From an uncultured Candidatus Saccharibacteria bacterium (GTDB taxonomy: Bacteria; Patescibacteriota; Minisyncoccia; Phycocordibacterales; SIBU01): 48,596 nt of DNA. The notes under the pieces are model-generated. The model made no database searches and had not been told where the DNA came from. It was given only the letters and a program-made list of their open reading frames with translations. Location: assembly GCA_964355335.1 (NCBI GenBank), contig CAYHDB010000003.1, positions 1 to 48,596 on the forward strand. Direction: 5' to 3'. Numbering within the stretch: position 1 is the first letter of the stretch; each line of letters starts with the position of its first letter. Positions 43,816 to 48,596 of the stretch are shown piece by piece. Made by a program: the position numbers and the translations under genes.

Positions 43816-44219
43816 ATTCCGGATTGATGAATATGTGTTTACCACAGAAAGCTATTGTCACACGAGGTGATGGCAGGTTTCTTGCACTTCTTCGTGGGGA
43901 AACCGCTCCAACCTATCCTTCGCATTGGGATTTGCCGGGTGGGGACCTTGAATACGGTGAGGACCCTGTTGCTGGTATTATTCGCGAAATTAAAGAAGAG
44001 TCTGGTCTTGATGTTTCCGACGTTAGACCGTTTGATATTTACGGCCGTAAAGGCGCAGACGGCTTCTTTGTAACCGTGGCTTATTATTGCAAAACTGTTT
44101 CGGACGTTGTTACTATAAGTTGGGAGCATACCGATTTTAAATGGGTGACCAAAGAGGAGTTTTTGAAACTGCCGGTCTCGCCTAAAATCATTCAATTTGT
44201 AAAAAATTGCCCTATGTGA
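43800..44219 (+). CDS. NUDIX hydrolase
   Basis: WDLPGGDLEYGEDPVAGIIREIKEESGL and SWEH. Confidence 0.9.
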   Translation: MDKKVDSGLMNMCLPQKAIVTRGDGRFLALLRGETAPTYPSHWDLPGGDLEYGEDPVAGIIREIKEESGLDVSDVRPFDIYGRKGADGFFVTVAYYCKTVSDVVTISWEHTDFKWVTKEEFLKLPVSPKIIQFVKNCPM

Positions 44220-44334
44220 TCGAAGAGGGACGGTAAATTACGGGAAAAGTAACACAGATTAAGGCAGATTTTCTTTTAGAAATGTTGATTTTTTAGCTTG
44301 AAAATACGGAGTTGTTACTGTACTCTATGACGGT

Positions 44335-46908
44335 ATGACAAACCTAAAAAAAGGAAAAAAATCAGTACGTCTGTCGAAGGATATTGTGCCGGAGAGGTAC
44401 AACATAAAGCTAAAACCTGATTTAGAAAAGTTTACGTTTGAGGGAGAAGAAACTATCACCGTTCGGGTCGCGAAGCCGACCCGAACGGTGACTTTGCATT
44501 CCAGAGAGATTGATATTGAAACGGCGGAAATTATTTTTGAAAACACCAAGGTTTTTGCCACGAAGATTTCCTACAATGAAAAAGAGGAGACTGCTGGCTT
44601 TCATTTCCCCTCCACTATCGGTCGGGGCGAGATGAAACTTCGAATTGTTTTCCGCGGTATTTTAAACGACAAACTTCGCGGATTTTACCGTAGTCAGTAC
44701 GAAGTGGCAGGGGAAAAACGTCACATGGCTACGACGCAGTTTGAATCAACGGATGCCCGCCGTGCATTTCCTTGTTTTGACGAACCGGCTCACAAAGCGA
44801 TTTTTGATGTAACGCTTTTGGTACCTACGCACACGGTGGCAATTTCAAATACTCTACCTGTTTCTGAAATAGAGCGAGAGGGTGGCTTGCGCGAGGTGAC
44901 ATTTTCTCCGACCCCCAAAATGTCTACTTATCTTTTGGCATTTATTATCGGAGAGTTTGAACATATTGAAACGAAGACAAATGAGGGAACGTTGGTGCGT
45001 GTGTTTGTAACACCGGGGAAAAAGCACCAGGCAGAGTTTGCTCTTGAATGTGCGAAAAAAACTTTAAGTTTTTACAACGACTATTTCGATATCCCGTATC
45101 CCTTACCTGTTTTGGATATGATTGCCATCCCTGATTTTTCCGCCGGGGCGATGGAGAATTGGGGAGCGATTACTTATCGAGAAACAGCTATTCTTGTCGA
45201 TCCTAAAAGCTCATCATCGGCTTCCAAACAGTACGTCGCTTTAGTTATTGCCCACGAGATTGCTCATCAATGGTTCGGTAACCTAGTGACGATGGAATGG
45301 TGGACACATTTGTGGCTCAACGAGGGATTCGCATCGTACATAGAATATTTGGCGGTAGATAAACTATTTCCGAAATGGAATATTTGGACGCAGTTTGCCT
45401 ATATGGATTTGAATCGCGCGCTTTCTTTAGACGCGCTTAAGCACACTCATCCGATTGAGATACCTGTGCATCACCCGGATGAAATTGCGGAGATTTTCGA
45501 TGAGGTTTCATATTCAAAAGGTGCATCGGTCATCAGAATGCTTGCCGATTATCTTGGTGAAAAAGATTTTCGCGACGGTCTCCGAGTGTATTTGAAAAAG
45601 CATAGTTATTCAAACGCTTCTACTATCCATCTCTGGCAAGCTTTCGAAAAAGTTTCCGGAAAGCCTGTGGAGAAATTGATGAAAAATTGGACTGGCAAGG
45701 GAGGTCATCCTGTAGTTTCCGCTGTCCTAAAAAATGGAAAGCTTGAATTATCTCAGAAAAGATTTTTCTCAAATCCCAAAAGTGGCCTGGATGTGAAAGA
45801 CAAAACTTTGTGGGCTGTGCCAGTTTCGATAACTGACGGTAAGGGTAAACCACAGCAATTACTTTTGGAAAAAAGTCGCACTGAAGTCAGCCTAAAGAAT
45901 GACAATTGGTTCAAAATAAATGCAGGCGAATCCGGATTTTTCCGTACAGCATATTCTCCTGAATTGCTTGAGAAATTACAGGAGCCACTGCGTGCCGGTA
46001 AGCTGTCAGAGCTGGATAGATTGGGTCTGGTCAGGGATTGTTTTGCCTTGGCGGAAGGGGGCGTCATATCGACTATAGATGCCCTAAAACTGGCCTTGGA
46101 ATACAAAAATGAGGAAAGCTACACGGTATGGGCGGAACTCGCTTTAAACCTGCGTAAAGTGCTAAATTTGGTCGCTGATACAGGGTTTGGGGGGGAATAT
46201 AAGGCGTTTGCACTAGGCATTTTTGAGAAGGCGGTAAAAAGGGTTGGATGGGTACCAAAGAAGGGCGAGGAACAGAACCAGGCGCTTCTCCGAAGTTTGA
46301 TTTTGGGCAATGCCGGAGATTATGGACATTTCGAAACTGTCGAAAAAGCGAAAAAACTTTTCACTGATTTTCTAGAAAATGATAAGCCGATATCTGCTGA
46401 TTTGCGTGGTGCGGTTTACGGCATCGCGTCCGAACACCTTGGTGAAAAAGAACATTCAGAATTAATCATCCGTTACAAAAAGGAGAGTTTGCATGAGGAA
46501 CAAGGACGGCTTGGCAGAGCACTCGCAAGTTTTGCGGATAAAAATCTGTTGGCTAAAACTCTCGAGTTTGCACTATCAAAGGACGTGCGAAGTCAGGACA
46601 CATTGGGTCTGGTCGCCGGAGTGTGGAGCAATCCCGTTGGGAGGGAGTTGGCGTGGGAGTTTGTAAAAAAGAATTGGCCGACGTTTCTGGAACGGTATGG
46701 AAGTGGCGGGTATTCATTGTCACGTCTTGTAAAAGCGGGAAGTGTTTTTCATACGCGAGAGGCGTATAATGATTTCAAGAAATTTTTCAAAACTCACAGT
46801 GCTCCCGGAGCATCTCGTGCCGTGGAGCAGGTGCTGGAGAAAATTGACGGCAATGTGAGATGGTTAACCCGGGATGTTAAAGAAATTGAAAAGTGGTTAT
46901 CAAATTAA
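44335..46908 (+). CDS. M1 family aminopeptidase (puromycin-sensitive/tricorn F2-F3 type, ERAP1-like C-terminal domain)
   Basis: TQFESTDAR, GAMENWG and HEIAH-x18-E. Confidence 0.95.
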   Translation: MTNLKKGKKSVRLSKDIVPERYNIKLKPDLEKFTFEGEETITVRVAKPTRTVTLHSREIDIETAEIIFENTKVFATKISYNEKEETAGFHFPSTIGRGEMKLRIVFRGILNDKLRGFYRSQYEVAGEKRHMATTQFESTDARRAFPCFDEPAHKAIFDVTLLVPTHTVAISNTLPVSEIEREGGLREVTFSPTPKMSTYLLAFIIGEFEHIETKTNEGTLVRVFVTPGKKHQAEFALECAKKTLSFYNDYFDIPYPLPVLDMIAIPDFSAGAMENWGAITYRETAILVDPKSSSSASKQYVALVIAHEIAHQWFGNLVTMEWWTHLWLNEGFASYIEYLAVDKLFPKWNIWTQFAYMDLNRALSLDALKHTHPIEIPVHHPDEIAEIFDEVSYSKGASVIRMLADYLGEKDFRDGLRVYLKKHSYSNASTIHLWQAFEKVSGKPVEKLMKNWTGKGGHPVVSAVLKNGKLELSQKRFFSNPKSGLDVKDKTLWAVPVSITDGKGKPQQLLLEKSRTEVSLKNDNWFKINAGESGFFRTAYSPELLEKLQEPLRAGKLSELDRLGLVRDCFALAEGGVISTIDALKLALEYKNEESYTVWAELALNLRKVLNLVADTGFGGEYKAFALGIFEKAVKRVGWVPKKGEEQNQALLRSLILGNAGDYGHFETVEKAKKLFTDFLENDKPISADLRGAVYGIASEHLGEKEHSELIIRYKKESLHEEQGRLGRALASFADKNLLAKTLEFALSKDVRSQDTLGLVAGVWSNPVGRELAWEFVKKNWPTFLERYGSGGYSLSRLVKAGSVFHTREAYNDFKKFFKTHSAPGASRAVEQVLEKIDGNVRWLTRDVKEIEKWLSN

Positions 46909-46974
46909 GAGAAGAGTCTATTCTCTTATTCGAGCGAATGGTAGTATAGTTGTTTGTTGTCATAAAATAGTAAA

Positions 46975-47763
46975 ATGAGAAAAATTTGGTTTAGAAGAAA
47001 ATTGTATGGCTTAGGTTGGACTCCTGCCACCTGGCAGGGCTGGTTGGTTATTCTGTTTTATGCTGTAGGTTTTATTTACTTCTTCAGAAATGTAGATGCT
47101 TATTCGCATTCGGCCAGTGACACTTTGATTGGTGTCGTTGTTCCCGTTGTAGCTCTTACGGCGATTTTGGTCGTAATATCTTGGACTACAGGAGAAAGAA
47201 TGAGATGGCAGTGGGGTAGGAGGATTGAGGATGTCGGTGATGTGCTTTTGAGAGGTGGTGTGGCTGTATTGGCGACAGATACCACGTATGGAATTGTCGG
47301 GTCCGCACTAAAAGAGAGAACGGTTAATGAAATATATCGTTTACGAAAGAGAGATTTGGATAAACCATTGATTGTTCTTATTGCGGATATGTGTGATTTA
47401 AAAAAGTTCGGTATTACTCTCACATATAAGCAGAAAAAAATGCTCCAAATGGTTTGGCCCGGGCCGGTGAGCTCGATATTGCCGTGTCCTCATGATAAGT
47501 TTTCATATCTGCACAGAGGGAGGGAAACGTTGGCCTTTCGATTGCCGAAGAAGGAAAGTTTGCGACGATTGATTCGTGAAGTCGGTCCGCTTGTGGCACC
47601 AAGTGCAAATCCGCAAGGGCATTCTGTGGCAAAAAATATCCAGGAAGCCCGCGCGTATTTTGGCCCCAATGTGGATTTTTACCAAGATAGTGGGCGAGTC
47701 GTAGCATCTCCGTCAAAACTAATTGATATTACAGGTGACGCGGAAAAGATTTTGCGGTCATAA
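46975..47763 (+). CDS. tsaC: TsaC/Sua5 threonylcarbamoyl-AMP synthase fused to an N-terminal membrane domain
   Basis: C-terminal part has TDTTYG, K.R..DKPL, AFRLP and APSAN. The N-terminal ~80 aa has WF.RK.YG.GW.P..WQGW and two TM segments. Confidence 0.85.
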   Translation: MRKIWFRRKLYGLGWTPATWQGWLVILFYAVGFIYFFRNVDAYSHSASDTLIGVVVPVVALTAILVVISWTTGERMRWQWGRRIEDVGDVLLRGGVAVLATDTTYGIVGSALKERTVNEIYRLRKRDLDKPLIVLIADMCDLKKFGITLTYKQKKMLQMVWPGPVSSILPCPHDKFSYLHRGRETLAFRLPKKESLRRLIREVGPLVAPSANPQGHSVAKNIQEARAYFGPNVDFYQDSGRVVASPSKLIDITGDAEKILRS

Positions 47764-47788
47764 AATATCTTCATTACGTACTCATCAT

Positions 47789-47900
47789 AATCGGCTAATT
47801 CGCCCTCCTTCGCTTAAAGCTTCGGCAGGACAAGTACGAATTAGCCGATTCGGCGATGTGTAAATTAAAATCGGGTCAGGCATTCATGATGCCTGACCCG
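47789..47900. repeat. Two palindromes, the first with a nested short element in its loop
   Basis: AATCGGCTAATTCG/CGAATTAGCCGATT (14 bp) around CCTTCGCTTAAAGCTTCGGCAGGACAAGTA, then CGGGTCAGGCAT/ATGCCTGACCCG (47872-47900). Confidence 0.75.
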
Positions 47901-47910
47901 TGTGATATCG

Positions 47911-48465
47911 CTATTTGGTCGTAAGAAAAACTTTCTGTCCGAACTCGGCCCAGGAGCGTACAGAGATGATTGACCCATCTTGGACCAGGTGTAAAAGGTG
48001 ATCATCCTTCAGTTTAGATCCGGGAGGTTGGAAAAGGTAAAGATGTGGAACTTTTCCAACCATTGGCGCAAGGGGTTTCAATCGGTTGTCGATGAAGTGG
48101 GTAGTGCCTCGAGCTAGGCAGAACCCTACTTTTTCCTCCCATGTCGCACAGAATCTGATGAGGCTCTGAGGGATTACTTTGTCGAAGCCGTGGTGAGTAA
48201 ACCACTTTCTGATTTTTGCTTCAATCAACGGCAACATAGTGATTCTGGACACCACTCCAATCGGTTCGAAACCCATTTCCAGGATTGTTTCCATTGTGGT
48301 CAAACATCCAGGAAAAGGTTTTCGTTCCAGGTGACCGCTCCACTCAGGGTCCGGATGAAGAGTTGATTGGGGGCTGTTGTTATCCGGAGTCCAATTTGGC
48401 ACGTCTTCGTTGTCATCGACCGTGCCCCCGAAGTCGACATCAAGTATCAATTTTCGATTTTTCAA
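47911..48465 (-). CDS. HAD-like protein
   Basis: DVDFGGTV, GVVSR and FIDNRL. Paralog of 16710..17246. Confidence 0.7.
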   Translation of the reverse strand: MKNRKLILDVDFGGTVDDNEDVPNWTPDNNSPQSTLHPDPEWSGHLERKPFPGCLTTMETILEMGFEPIGVVSRITMLPLIEAKIRKWFTHHGFDKVIPQSLIRFCATWEEKVGFCLARGTTHFIDNRLKPLAPMVGKVPHLYLFQPPGSKLKDDHLLHLVQDGSIISVRSWAEFGQKVFLTTK

Positions 48466-48596
48466 TCGCTACCTTTCATTGAGGAGTTTCTGTTTGGGAG
48501 ATTTTCCCTTTGCCTTGGCGCGAGTGCTCGCTGTCAAAGTTGCCCACTTTCGCTTTTGAATCCGAACACTTGTATAGTTTTCTTATGAAAAAATTT

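Noticed and set aside
1-48596. CRISPR array, tRNA, rRNA or tmRNA
   Set aside because: No regularly spaced repeat-spacer series and no cloverleaf/T-loop or rRNA signatures were found by eye. A tRNAscan/Infernal run would be definitive.

Overview
48.6-kb bacterial chromosome segment, most likely from a Patescibacteria/Parcubacteria (CPR) genome. That assignment is an inference from gene content, Cys-rich GPGGC-repeat proteins, many apparently leaderless starts and short palindromic repeats. Most genes are on the + strand. The left ~16.6 kb is an accessory/defence-like island: RhuM-Fic, NYN nuclease, Fic, MazG-like, RadC, type III R-M (Mod with a HEPN/DUF4145-like tail), a repeat-bounded cassette, PPase, HTH-Panacea/RelE-like TA pair and a thermonuclease. 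The rest is cell-wall and housekeeping metabolism: M15B, an M14 pair, M23, Ddl, MsrAB, PyrC/PyrD, AhcY, PGI/PMI-Zwf-Gnd, partial riboflavin genes, an M1 aminopeptidase and a TsaC fusion. No rRNA, tRNA, CRISPR array, intact transposase or integrase was found. The most interesting signals are at sub-gene scale: (i) a convergent promoter-hairpin-U-tract unit behind the NYN nuclease that predicts a tiny antisense RNA; (ii) two ~45-nt structured micro-insertions with covarying stems, one in a promoter and one in a CDS, plus other 15-45-nt inserts nested in palindromes and inside msrB; (iii) a triplicated terminator-promoter module and duplicated gene starts, suggesting cassette-like growth of the island; (iv) an active plus a predicted catalytically dead M14 peptidase in tandem. 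All product calls come from motif recognition by eye; no database searches were run.
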